Assembly (NCBI GenBank): GCA_028534125.1
Contig: CM052828.1
Coordinates: 558,001 to 622,000, forward strand
Reading direction: 5' to 3'
Source: Lama glama
Lineage: Eukaryota
Length of the DNA: 64,000 bases
In this document: positions 36,056-48,339 of the stretch, piece after piece
Layout: each line of letters begins with the position of its first letter
Position numbering within the stretch: the stretch's first letter is position 1
Translations under genes and position numbers: made by a program
Notes under the pieces: model-generated
Databases searched by the model: none
What the model saw: only the letters and a program-made list of their open reading frames with translations
Told to the model about the DNA's origin: nothing

Positions 36056-37412
36056 AGGAGGCGGGCTGTGCGCGGCGCAGGCCTCCCTGACCTCCGTACC
36101 TGAGGTGGGCGCGCAGCACCAGCGGCGCGGTTTTCTTCCAGGAGCCTGGCAGCGGGCGCCGGAGCGGTGAGTAGGGAGGCCGCCCTCAACGAGCGAGCCC
36201 GGGGGAAGCGGCCGGTGTCTGCCCTCGCCCCGCCTGCGGGCCCAGCGTCCGCAGCTGAAGCGCCGTGCGGGCCGGGTCTGCGCACATGGCGGGGTTGGGG
36301 ACGCCGGGGCTCTGGTCCCCGCCACCCCCGCCCAGCCTGGGGACGGGGACCTGCCGCAACCCTGTCTGTACATAGTCTTTGTTTCTTAAGTGAATTATGT
36401 TCTCGACTTCCTCCAAAGGCGGCTTGGGGGTTCGGGGTTCTGGTTCTACTTTCTTAATCTCATTTCTGTAGCCTGTTGTGACTTTGTCACGTGCACACTG
36501 CACCTGGTGGACTTTAGGTCTGGGCTCCTGGTGAGGACTCCGCCAGGCGTGGGTCCCACAGTGGCCAGCGTCCTTGTTTTGTCTCGGGCTGGGATCGCTG
36601 GGCATGCTTGGGAGCCAAGACGGGAGCTTTGGGTCCATCCAGGCAAAGATGGTTTACCCTGGGCCCCCTTTTCCTCGCTCACTCTGCCCGGTGGCGGCAG
36701 GATAGGTGCCGGCCGAGCACCCTGCTCACCCGGGCAGAAGCCGGGAAGCATCAGAAAGTGGGTGGTGGAGACCTGGCCGGCTGAGCCTGGACCCTGGGCT
36801 CCACTCCCAGGCCTGGAGCTGCTCTGACGCCTACCTGCCAGGGACCAGGCCCCTCAACTGAACAATGCAGACGGCAGTGCACGCAGCCAGGCAATTGAAA
36901 ATTGCGTGTAAAATCTTTTAGTTAAAAGTTGAGGATGTAAATAATCTTCTATTTATACGTAAGAGCATGTTACTAACAAGTTTAAAGGTCATTCACTGTT
37001 TCTTTCTCAAGATCGTGAAATAAATTGGGTTCTTTAGAGGATACAGGTTTACTCAAAATATAAATTTTCTCCTGAAAAAGTATAGCACTGGGGGGCAGAA
37101 TCTGAGACTGGGAAAACGCAGCAAGTCACGGAGATAACTACTTGGTAATGACGAGAAAGGGCGAGAAGGAAGTCTGCCATCACACCTGAATAGCGGGTGA
37201 CTTGCCGTGCAGAGGATTCTCTGAAGTGCTAAATTTGCTACCTGACATTTGACTGCCATTGCCTTTTGACTGAACCTGAGAGAGAAGTTTGCCTGTGGTC
37301 TCCAGAATAGAGCCAGTGGGATGGAGCCTGTATGCCTTTCCCACTCCGGCGGGGACCCCCAAGACTCCCGCCTCTTCTGCTCAGCTGCGGGGACAGAGGG
37401 CAGCCCACGCAC

Positions 37413-37607
37413 CTCCACGAGCCTCCAGGCCTCGCTGATAACTGCATATTGGAGGCGGTTCAGAGCGAAGCCGTCAATCTCCTTCATGATTCTGACCGGG
37501 GACTGTCCAATCTTCCGCATCAGGGCGTGAGTTCTGTCCACGGTCGCGGGGGCGGTCTCTGGGTGTGGGACCAGCTCAACCAATGGGACGTGATAGGGTG
37601 GATTTAC
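37413..37607 (-). CDS. CRYL1: CRYL1 coding exon 5 (195 nt; [65 protein letters not shown])
   Basis: Overlaps ORF 37053..37583. NPP..LVE and GF.LNRLQ motifs; acceptor tctctcctaag|GTA, donor GAG|gtgcgt; phase 0-0. Confidence 0.97.
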
Positions 37608-37769
37608 CTTAGGAGAGAGACAGAGGGGAGAGAATCAAGGGGATGGCTCTGGAGTTTGGGGTGTCGTTCTGGCAGACCTGGCCCACCTTCCTGAATGGTC
37701 AGTGGTGGTGGGTTCAACTTTGGAATGAAGGCCCCTCGAGACTCAGCATCCAATGACAAGAAGCTTGAG

Positions 37770-37865
37770 AAATAAAGTAATTCACAAATGGGAGGAAAAA
37801 AAAGTGAGTACAGAACAGCATGGTTTTGTTAAAGAAAAATTACCAACGTCGAGCTTGAAATTTGA
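37770..37865 (+). mobile_element. CR1/L3-like RT fossil
   Basis: Translation EQHGFVKEKLPTSSL resembles the CR1 RT motif SQHGFxKGRSCxTNL. Confidence 0.5.
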
Positions 37866-39559
37866 AGGTGCAAATGACCGTCCTGTACAATTACAGTTGA
37901 TCTCCAAACCCTTGACCTCCCATGGGGTTTCTATGTCTACCAGCTGTCCAGACCTCCTGGGCTTCTGCCTGCCCCGCCCCCACGCCCCAGCCATCCTCTC
38001 CCAGCTAGTCATTGCCATTCTAGTGTGTCAATGTTAAAAATGATCCTTAACTTGTCCGTGTTGAGCCTCAAACATTTGCTTCCCCAATCACATCCTACCT
38101 AGAAATCACAAAATATCAGAAGCCCTCTATAGCCGTTATGTGACGGTGCAGTCTAAGACAGGAAGAGACTGTCCTCATTGGAAGGAAGCATTTGCCTGCC
38201 CAGCACTGAACCTTTGGCTCTGGTTTTCTTGGTTTACTTTGGGAAGCCGTTCTTGACTCTCAGAGAGAGTTCTACATGTGAAGAGGCTGCTGGTTAGCCG
38301 CACCAGTGAGCAGATGCACACTAGACTTCCCCAAATCATGCTTTTCTTTTTCCTCCACACGACTGAAAATTGGTAGATTCTCACATTTACCAAATACGAC
38401 AAGAACCATCCACTTAAAAATGACTTCTACAGAACAGAGAAGAATTTCTCTGTCCTAGGGCTGCCTGGAACAGGCAGCTGGTCCACGCACTTCAGAGGAA
38501 ACCTACTCTCAGCCCTCTCAGAACGCAGGAGAGGATGGCTCCTGTTTCAAGTAAATTATAAATCAGTGCGCCTTAGTTGAATCACTTGTTGAATCCTGCC
38601 TGTAATCACTGAATTCTTACAGTAATGTTTGTTTAACTTCTGGCATTTTTAAAGATCAGAATTCTAAGAACTGGAAGCACGTCTGCCCTAGGTGAACTTC
38701 TCTTTACTGTAAAGCAGGGATATTGGGCTTAGGGAATCTTCGGTACTGAGCCTGGTGAGGAGCAAAAACAGATTAGGACAAACAGTTAAAGGGCATTTTT
38801 ATGTACAGCTTGCTCACACATCCTTCCCACACTTTCTGGTGCCCCCAGGCCGCCGCCGCTGGCCTCCCTCTGTGCCGCTCTCAGACTCGCCTGGGAGACT
38901 TCATCAGCACCGAGGGCGCTACTGCCAGCAGGATGCTGAGGTCTCACCGCCCGCTGCAGGCCCATGTTTGTAACTCTGCACTGGACGCTCTCCCCTGGGC
39001 ACCCCACAGGCACACACTCCACCTGTCATAGGTTAAACTCACGTCGGAGGGAGTCAGAGCACCTCAGTCCCGTGACAGAGAACAGTCCCTGTTTCAGGCT
39101 CAGAGAAGGGTCCTGGAGATTACGGCAGGTGCTCCTAAGACGTGAGAGGAGGGAAGGGAGAGAAGACGAGGAAACCAAAGAGGCTCTACGGAAAAGGAGG
39201 GGAAAGGCCGTCTACTGACACGCTGTTCTCTCCCACGGGGCTGGTAGGTCGGGGCCTTCGCTGTGAGAAGCATGCTCTCAAGAACTGGGGGAAAACACGG
39301 AGAAGAGGAGACGGCTTCTGGACGGTTAGGGAGGTGGTCCCGGGGCTAGCGGAGAGCGGGACCGAGCGTTGCTGGAGGCACGGGGTGGTGGCCTGTGAGG
39401 CTCAGCGCTCAGACAGCCGGGCAGCGGGAGGGGGGATTTTCCGCTGACCAGGGTCTGGAGCGGAGCCTGGGGCACGTGATCAGGGTAGCCCCGCGGCCCA
39501 ACAGAAGCTCCGCGTTCTGTGCAGCAGGTTAGCCAAGGCAGGCTCGCAGGGAAGGAAGC

Positions 39560-40130
39560 CCGTCCCTTCTCCCAGGAAAAGGCGGCTCCGGGTTGCGGTT
39601 CGTTCGCACGTACCTGCGGCGGGCCTCCCCCTCGGGGGCTCCTCTTCCTCACTCCCTCGGTGTTGTGACCATTCTCAGAGCACAGCCCTTTCATCAGCGA
39701 CACCCGCGCCGTCCTGACAGAAGCGGCGGGAGCTGGCAGCGCGCAGGGGACGCAGACACGGAACATTCGCGTCGCCACCGACACGAGCGCCCGTGGGAGG
39801 CGGCGTCGCGGGCCGAGGCCGGGCCGGCGCCTGTGGGCGGGGCCCCGCTTCCCTCCGGGCGCGTCCGCTCTCCGGACGCTGGACTGCGCGCCGGAGGTGC
39901 TGCCGCTCAGGGCCGGGTCCGGCCGCCTCGCCGCGGAGCGCGCGTCAGAGGAGGGGCGGCGCTGAGAGCACGTGGAGCGCTAGGGCCGCCCGCGCCTCCG
40001 GCTGAAGATGGAGGGAGCGAGCGGGGTCTTCGTGAAGCGCGGCCAGAGCTGCCCGTGGGGACCTGCGGCTCTGGCTGATGCCGCCATGGAGCGCGAGTGC
40101 CAGGAGCGCGCGGTCAAACTCGGCTCTCAG
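39560..40130. promoter_or_regulatory. Intragenic CpG island, CRYL1 intron 4
   Basis: Dense CpG; GGGCGGGG box near 39835; CACGTG E-box near 39969. Confidence 0.75.
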
Positions 40131-42439
40131 TCGTCAGCAAAAACCTCCAGCCACCCGTGGCCACCCTGGGCCCCTCTCCCCTCACTGGCAGCCCAGAGGC
40201 GCTGGAGAGGAGGGCTGTCGGGGCATCCCCCCCTTCCTGAGCCCGGCCCTTCCTGGAGCCGGTCTGTGAAACACCTGGGCGCCGGGAGGACCCGAGAGTC
40301 CCCACCCAACCCAACCCCACCCGGAAAGGCACCGAGGGCGCGTGGGTGTGGCCGGTGGAGACGGCAGCCTTCGCCCAGCACCCACTGCCAGGTCCTTCAG
40401 AGGCGTGGGCAGGCTTCCTTCTCCTTTGCTCTGTTTCCTGTCGGGCAGAGAACCCCAGTGGCTGCGCACCAAGCAGAAGGCAGGGCGCCAGCCTCTCCTG
40501 CCTGTCTGGCCTGGAGGGGGACGGAAAACTCTGTGGCTCCTAAAAATCATAGATGGTTCTAGATTATCGAGGCACTTTTCCCCCAGAGGTCAGGAGATCC
40601 AGAAGTAGGCAGCGTGAGCCAGCAGGGGTAAAATTCCAAGGTCAGTTTGAGTGATGTGATTTGCTTTGGTTAATGTCAGTTTTGGTTTAAAATTATTTAT
40701 AAAAGTAATGAGGGATTAATTTTTAAATTAAGGCCTCACTCTGTGCTGTCTGTGTTTGATTAAGTAAACGCGAGCGAGACCGGAAAGGTGTGAGGGAGAC
40801 AAGCGCCATGCCGCACAGTTACTGCGGGGGGCCGGCCCGCAGGGCTCGGGCTGCCTCGGGCAGCAGAGAAGGGCAGGTGGGGCCTGGCCCAGCCCAGCGG
40901 GGGATGAAGGGAAGGGATGTGGAGAGAGTCTGGGCAGAGGACTTAGGAGGTGTTTTGGGGACAATCTGATTCAGTTGTTTTTTAAACTGACTTAGAAGTA
41001 AAAGCACTGGTTATAGACGGAAGCTCTTGGCCAAGAAGCTCACTTTTCACTGAAGCAACCAAGTGACAATCTAGTGGCTCATGCTTCCTGAGAGCCCTCT
41101 GGATGGACACACACGTCACAGAAGCGAAGACGTGACACGCCTCGTGGGCTCTGGGGTTTGGAGGCTCCAGTTAAGGCCCCCTTGGTGCTGCTTTCCGCTG
41201 GACTGAGTGGTGAGGAAATGCTTGGTTTCCGTCCCTGTTCTCTTTTTTTAAAATAATCGTTTGTTAGACTTTCTGTTAGACTTCAGCTCAGGACGTCCAG
41301 AAGCAGTCAGGCGTGTCAGTGGTGGTCCAGGCTGTCCTTCTTCTCAGCATGGAAGACCCAGCAGGCATCTGTGACTCCCCTTTGTTTTCACGCATGCTTG
41401 GAACACTGCCCTCAGGTTCTGTGAAGGAGCTGCCCGCCTCTCGGAGCCATCTTCACTGCAGAAAGGACCTTCGGCTTATCCTCCAAGGGCCCGTTTCCAC
41501 CGCACCACAGCGCTGCTCTATGCCTGAGCAGTTCTGATTGTTCAGAGCAGCTCTCATGGTTCCCCGGCCCCAGTATCACCAGGCCTCCTGTCACCATCCT
41601 GCTGCTTCCCGAGTACGAGTGCCCTGCCGGTCACGCTGCTCTCCTGGCAACTCTGCATGCCCCATCCTGTGCTTGGCCAGCTCTCTGCTTATGCTCCTTC
41701 CAGCCTCTCACAGCAGCCCAACCAGGTCCGCCCCCATTGGGCAGCTCTCGGTGTTCTCAACCTTTAACCTCGGTGGCCGGTGGTGCAGAGGGTGTGGCAT
41801 TGTCATATGCATCCTGTTGATTGTGGCTGGAGCCGCGTTCGCTTTTCTGTCCTAGCAGGCTGTCCCGGCTCTCCACTCAGTTCTCAGACGCCCACCAAAT
41901 GATCCCCCAATCCCCACTCTTAATTCCCCTTTCTTGACTTTAACAGGTTAACCTCAAAAAGATTGAGTGCCTGCGTGCCAACACGCCTCCTCCCAAGGCA
42001 CTCCTAGTGAGTAAGCCAGCCAGTCAGTGACGAGGCCTGGTGGGAGGGACCACAGGAAGGAAGGGTTAAGTCAGAGCTGCTCCCCAGAGCCCCGGGTGGA
42101 GCCCATCAGCACAGATGACCCCATTCTGACCTGAGCTCAGGGAAGCACACAGTGCAGGTGGCCCGCCTGCAGAATCCCGCTTGGCCTGGACTGTGTGCTA
42201 GTGTAGCACCCTTTCCTTGGCCGTGCAGTTACTTGTTTAGCAGTCTCTCTCCTCAGCTGGAACGGGAGTTACTTGAGTCTGCTCGTTCCACCCCGTGATG
42301 CACGAGATACAAGATAACAGCTCAAGGAATTTTTGGATAAAATTCCTTTAAAAAATGCTGATACTGTACACCTCTCTAAGTACACTAAAAACCACTGAAT
42401 TGTACAAGTTGATTTATTTGATCTCCATAAAGCGGTTAA

Positions 42440-42600
42440 AACAAAGTCCTACTGTATATATAACACAGGGGGCTGTATTCAATATCCTGTAATTACCTAT
42501 AATGAAAAAGAATATATATGTATAACAATCACTTTGCTGTACACCAGAAACTCACACAACACTGTAAATCAACTATACTTCAATTTGAAAAAAGTTAAAA
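42440..42600 (+). mobile_element. Short artiodactyl L1 3' end about 80 bp from the exon 4 donor
   Basis: aacaaagtcctactgtata..tattcaatatcctgtaat..ctgtaaatcaactatacttcaat + A tail; gttaaaa on both sides. Confidence 0.85.
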
Positions 42601-42681
42601 GTACTAGCAGATAGTTAAAATGTGTTGCTCCCCAAAACCCAAATGAGAGTCACCCTATCTCAGGTGGCTCGATATACTCAC

Positions 42682-42843
42682 GGGGTGTGCCACGAGGCAC
42701 TGCTTCCTGTGCGTCAGGCCAGCGAACAGCTTGGAGGGCAGGAGGCAGGAGCTGGAGCTGCTCAAGACCACGTCATCGTCCATGATTCCATCCAGCTGAG
42801 CAAACAGCTGCTGCTTCAGTTCTAGGTCTTCCGGAACACACTC
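42682..42843 (-). CDS. CRYL1: CRYL1 coding exon 4 (162 nt; [54 protein letters not shown])
   Basis: Manual minus-strand translation matches lambda-crystallin/L-gulonate 3-dehydrogenase (3-hydroxyacyl-CoA dehydrogenase family [10 protein letters not shown] and SSSxSC...AHP motifs). Acceptor ccttttcag|GAG, donor CCC|gtgagt, phase 0-0. Missed by the ORF track. Confidence 0.97.
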
Positions 42844-43662
42844 CTGAAAAGGACACCTTCAGGTTACCCCTCAGGGTCACCACACTCAGACCCAAGCAAA
42901 GCGCCTCACATTTGACTCCTTCCTAAATGAACCAATTAGAAAACAGTCAGCAACATTTAAGAACAGAACAAAAGCTGCCCGAAAATGACAGACCTTGGTA
43001 CCTGGAAACTGGATGATGCATACGTAGGAATTGTACTTTCTGGTTTCGTGTCAGTTGTCAGTCTGAAAGTTCTCATAATAAAAAAATGCGTGGGGGTGGG
43101 GTCACAAAGAGAGCGCACAACAGCGCTGCAGGCACCGCGCCGTAAGCCTCAGCAGTAGCCGTGCCGTGCCGCCTACCTTCCCCGTCTTGCTCATCAGATC
43201 AGCTTATCTTCGAGGAAGAATCGTATCTTCATGAAATGAGCAAACATGTTACATCCACAATTCCCAGAAGGCTTTTTAAGAATTCATTTCTAATTGGAAA
43301 TCATTTGAAAAAGACCTCTGTTTCTAAAAACCTAAAATTAATAGGGGTAGGAGAGGAGGGTTGAGAAGCAAATTGGGATTAAAGACATAACAGCCGCTCT
43401 GAAGTTCTGATTATGTGTGGAGCTCGGGTGAGTGAGACGCCATCGTCAGACACCCGTGTGCAGGCGCACAGGTGAGGCGTGTCCTGGGGACCGCGATACT
43501 CAGGGCGGGTGCTGCCCTGCTGCGGATGGGAGCGGAACAGAGCAGGACATCACTGGACGTTCTGGGCGTCCTTCCCTCCTGCCACTACCTGAGAAATCAC
43601 ACTGGGGGTCACTCCTACCCAAGAGGGTCTGTGAACTCCCCTGTTCCCTGGTGAATTGGAAA

Positions 43663-43813
43663 CAGTGGTTCTCAGTAAGGTCTGACGACAAATCACTTGT
43701 TAAAGATGCAGATCCCCAGACCTGCTGAATCAGACTCTGGGTGTGGGTCCGGGAATCTGCATTTTTAATCAGACGTTCTGGTGATTTTTGCTCGCTGAAG
43801 TTTGAGACCCAGT
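43663..43813. mobile_element. MER5A-like hAT-Charlie MITE
   Basis: TIR-like cagtggttctca ... tttgagacccagt; internal gaatcagactctgg..gggaatctgcattttt. Confidence 0.8.
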
Positions 43814-45720
43814 ATTCTGAGCTGTGATCCAAAGTGTTGGCCCCACTCCCAGTGGCCTGAGACCAGATACATCCTCAGGGGCCTCCCCCTCGCTTCCCCG
43901 CCGGACCCCGGCGGAGTGGGGCCTGGGTGGTTACCAGCCCTTGCGGTAGAAGTGGCACAAGCACCAGCAGGCAACCAGAAGGGCGCCAAGCCGAGTGCAG
44001 AAGCAGTGCCACCAGCAGGGCCACCAGGGTTACCCTCGAAAGTAAAGTATCTGCAAGTTTAACACCTAAGCTAGTATCTGATGTGGTGAAATCAGCTGTG
44101 TAAGCGTCGTGATACGAGTCCCATTTCTATACCATCTACGAGATTTTAAGCTTTCCTCTGAGGGTGAGGAGTCAACACTGTGTTTGATTACATTTTTAAA
44201 AAATGTAATCAAACCATGTGAAATTTTACTCAGAACAAAAGGTCACATAAGCACCACCTCTCAAAGACGGGGGAAAATGGAGTCATTTAAGAACTGTGAA
44301 GCTCATTGTGTTAAACCCCTTATCAAAGGGGAAAAGCTACAGTAGCTGGCTGGTTGTATTGAGTGGTTCCTGGATCAGTTAAGTCTGCAAGATGGGTTAA
44401 GTTTAAATGGAGCCTTGTAGCAAAGCCAGGGACTACGCACGGTGCAGATACTGTGGAAGCCAATAAAGGAGCCCTGTGAATAGCCTCATTGTGAGCCTGT
44501 CCCGCAGATTCTCCCCTGAAATTCTACGCCTTTCTTCAGATTGTCTGATTATCAAAGAGGCAAGAACACTCGAACCTGAGGAAACCCAAACCTGCTACAA
44601 TTATGTAAGGGTTTTAACGGCGCATTTGCTTAAAGTTCTATTGTTGTTAGTAGTGACCCGGTTGTGTTCTGTGTGCTGGGCCAGGGTCGCAACACCTGTG
44701 TCCACGTCAGGCCTTGAGTCCATCTCCCCGCTGTTCGTGCTTGTCTGAGAAAGGGGGTCCACAGACTGTGTTACTTGGGACGGACACCGTGCGTGGATCA
44801 CGGAGGTGGGAGAGGCTGCGGCCGCCCTGCCTGTGTAGGCAGCGAGGAGACACGCAGGGAGACAGACACCTTGCTCTGTCTGGGCTGCAGTGGTACCCCC
44901 AGGTGAGAACCCCCGGGCTCATCCTGTCATTCCACGGCCTGGCTCAGGAAGGCCGCCAACTGTGAAGTGTTAGCGAAAATGCTCTCACTGCTGAAGGTAA
45001 TTAGCTTGACTTTGCTTAATTAAACTCTGGCAGCATTTTCAAAGCAACGGCTGTTTGTTTGGAGGTGGAAGAGATGCAGCCCATAATAAGTGGTAAGCTC
45101 GTGCACAACCACTGGCTCGGATTCTGACCAGCAGAACAGAGCTCTGGGGACAAGGAAAGCACCGAGTACTTCCCAAATGTCACAACTCCTGACGGCACGT
45201 CAAAGGAGGCGCTCACTCATCAGGGCAGCGTCACACAAAGCGGGGGTTACATCTAACACGTCTTTCCCCTTCCACTCTTGAGACGGAGAAACTGAATGAC
45301 GGTATTAGAGGCCTAATTTTCCACTCTCATTTACTTATGTTTTAAAAAGTAAATCACTTATATCCTTTAGTGTTTTATCATCAGTGAAAGTTACCAGCGA
45401 CAGCACTTGACCCAGCGGGACTGCTCTGGAAAAGCGATATGAGCGCGAGTCAGTGTGCGGGGTAACTCGCCGCCAGAGGAGGCCCCGGCCGGGGGTGCCC
45501 TTCTGAAGTTTACCCACTTGCTGGGCAATAGCGTGCACTTTCCAAGACAAATATTTTCATGGGGAAAATGAAATTTCGTTGATTTTTGAAAATCAATTCA
45601 GGCATTTTAAGTAGGTGTCCTGTTGCTAGAAAATCTATTTGCTAATGCCAGATATCTGGATGTGATCTTCAGTGTGTTTTCCAGAAAGAAAGAAAAACTA
45701 AATTAGAAGATTTAGGTACT

Positions 45721-46087
45721 TAAGTAAGTCAGAAAGAGAAAAAAAAATACCATATGATATCACTCATATGTGGAATCTAAAAAAAAAAAAAGAAAGACAA
45801 ATGAACTTACTTACAAAACAGAAACAGACTCATAGACATAAAAAACAAACTTGTGGTTATGGGGGGGATAAACTGGGAGTTCTAGATCCGCAGATACTAA
45901 CTCCTATATATAAAATAGATAACTAAAAACATGTTTACACTGTACAGCACAGGGAACTGTATTCAATCTCTTGTAGTAGCCTATTATGAAAAAGAATGTA
46001 TGTGTGTATATGCATGAACTATTGTGCTGTGCACCAGAAATTGACACAACATTGTAAACTGACTACACCTCAGTGAAAAAAAAAAAA
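45721..46087 (+). mobile_element. Artiodactyl L1 3' end with poly(A)
   Basis: aagtaagtcagaaagag..taccatatgatatcactcatatgtggaatctaaa..cattgtaaactgactacacctcagtgaaaaaaaa. Confidence 0.9.
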
Positions 46088-48242
46088 GATGACGCCTTTG
46101 GTACTTAAGGTATTTTACGTGCAGAGAAGTTCAGTTAGCCAGTTTTAGCAGGAAGACATGACAAGAAGAGAAATTTGAGCTAAAATCCTATTGCAGTCAT
46201 GGCAGAATGGAATTCATTCTCAGCTTGAAGATGAACGTGATCTACATTGTAAGTTCTGTCTCAGCACTAATTAAGTCTCTTGTCTCAACCTGTTTGATCA
46301 TCACCACCAACTTCTTCTCACTGTTTCTTCCGAGAACATAATCTTTAAAATCTATGACATCAGCAGACTGCTATGACTAAACTTCAAAAGATAGACATCA
46401 TAATTACAAAAAAAAGACAAACCTTGCTTTAGAAGAAATAGGGCATGTGTTAATAAGAAAGGAATATCGCAGACAATAAATACAGTACACTATGCCCTAA
46501 CCAGAGGCCCACATTTTTCCTTAAAAATCAAAATAAAGATTTTTTTTAAACATATTATAAATCCTAAGCAGAGTTCTGCAGTAATCTAGAACCTGTTATA
46601 CGCAATCAAGAGAGACCTTCCCAAGTGAAAGCCAGTGCAGACCGCACTGCGGAATGTGACTCCCTGGGGTACAGACGTCAGAGTTGCCAGGGTTACTGCT
46701 GTTTGCTTGAATAGCAGCCCTTCCTCAGGTGACCACAGGGGTGAGAAGCAGCCCAAAGTGGCACAGGCGTCAGCTGCTGTCCTGAGGATGTGTCGTTCCC
46801 ACCCTCATTCCAGCAATTTTTTTGTATCTTTTATGAAATTATTTAGAATTGACTTAAAATGCTTGACACGAAAAAGCAATAAAATTTAAAATACTCCACT
46901 TAAGCCCGCAGTTAGCATATAGTTTTACAGCATTTCTAAATGATACGAGGGTACGCTCCTGGGGTCATACCCGAATCACCGGGGTAGTGACGGTTGCCCT
47001 TCCTGTCCTACTAAACATTCAAAGCCACCAGCTGGTCTGCTTCTTGCCAAACACTGTACTAGAGCCACATCCTGTCACCCTGGTCCTTAAATGTGCGTCT
47101 TCCCCTCCCACACTGGAAGCGCTGGGGAGGGGATGGTGGGCTCACTTGCTCCCATAACCTGCAGTCCCAGGCCACACGGGACTCAGGCACTTGGCCTGGC
47201 TCTGCTCCGCAGGAGCCCTCGTGTTTACCTCCCATTCAGAAAGGCCAGCAGATGCGTTTAGAAAGATAGTTCATGTAAATGTATATATGCTTTTGTTTGT
47301 TTATTGGCTTGTCTGTGTGTTTGTTTCCTAAAAACTGACCCGTGGCTGACAATAGAATTTAATTAAAATAGGCCCTCATCAGATTTCTCCAGTTGGTACC
47401 ACAACATCTGTTAAAAAAAGAAAATGTTTATAACCCTGAAAACAAAGGTGGATAGGCAAATTTATGCTAAATTTTTTGAAAGTTAAAGAGAGTATGTATG
47501 CTATTAAAAATTCTGCCCATAAACTGATGAAGACTCCTGGTTCCAATCACGTGATGTGAGACCTGAAGTCCTCCCTCTGCAGCTGCGTTACTCCCTGCAG
47601 ACAAGCCGGCCTCTCAGTGGGCAGCTGCGCTCTCGGGAGTGTGCGGTACAGCACAGGCAGAGTGAATGAGGGAGCCGCAGACCAAGCAGCCAGCACTGGA
47701 GTGATGTGTGCCGTCGGGGCGGGGAAAGCGTGCGGGCGAACTCAGGAGGGGCTGAGCCAGAGGCTGTGGGATCCAGGGTCCATCAGAAGGCTGTATCATC
47801 AGTGAACCAGTAGACTGGTTTACACCAAAAAAACAGCCCGTGTGCTGAGGGACAAGACAGGGAGGCCTGTCTGATCTGGGCTCCAGCTGGGAAGGTTATC
47901 CGGTGGAGGAAGAAATAAACTAATACACTGAATTCATATTCATGGGCCTGGCTTTCACCAGGTCTGGGGTTCAAAATTACACTACACATGTGGTCTGGAC
48001 ATTCACAGACTGAGAAGGTTACATTAAAAATAGCTCCCACGGTGGTGATAACACCAGGAGACACACACTCGAGAAAACTCCGGAAGGACACCTGCTGAAG
48101 AGGCCTCACCTCTCCTTGGATTCACAAGTGAAGAGCCCCACTGAAGAGAACTCACCACCCAAATTACAAACACCTGAGACTGTCTGGACAAAGACCAGAG
48201 CTGCACATGCCTGCAAAATAGCAGAATCTAGTAAAATAATCA

Positions 48243-48329
48243 TTTTTTAACATTTTTTATTGATTTATAATCATTTTACAATGTTGTGTCAAATTCCAGT
48301 GTTCAGCACAATTTTTCGGTCATTCATGG
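48243..48329 (-). mobile_element. Very short (~85 bp) L1 3' end with TSD AAATAATCAT
   Basis: ttttttattgatttataatcattttacaatgttgtgtcaaattccagtg; AAATAATCAT on both flanks. Confidence 0.75.
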
Positions 48330-48339
48330 AAATAATCAT

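Noticed and set aside
37608-42681. Possible ortholog of the intronic miRNA annotated in human CRYL1
   Set aside because: I could not identify a supportable pre-miRNA hairpin; this needs a BLAST or Infernal search.
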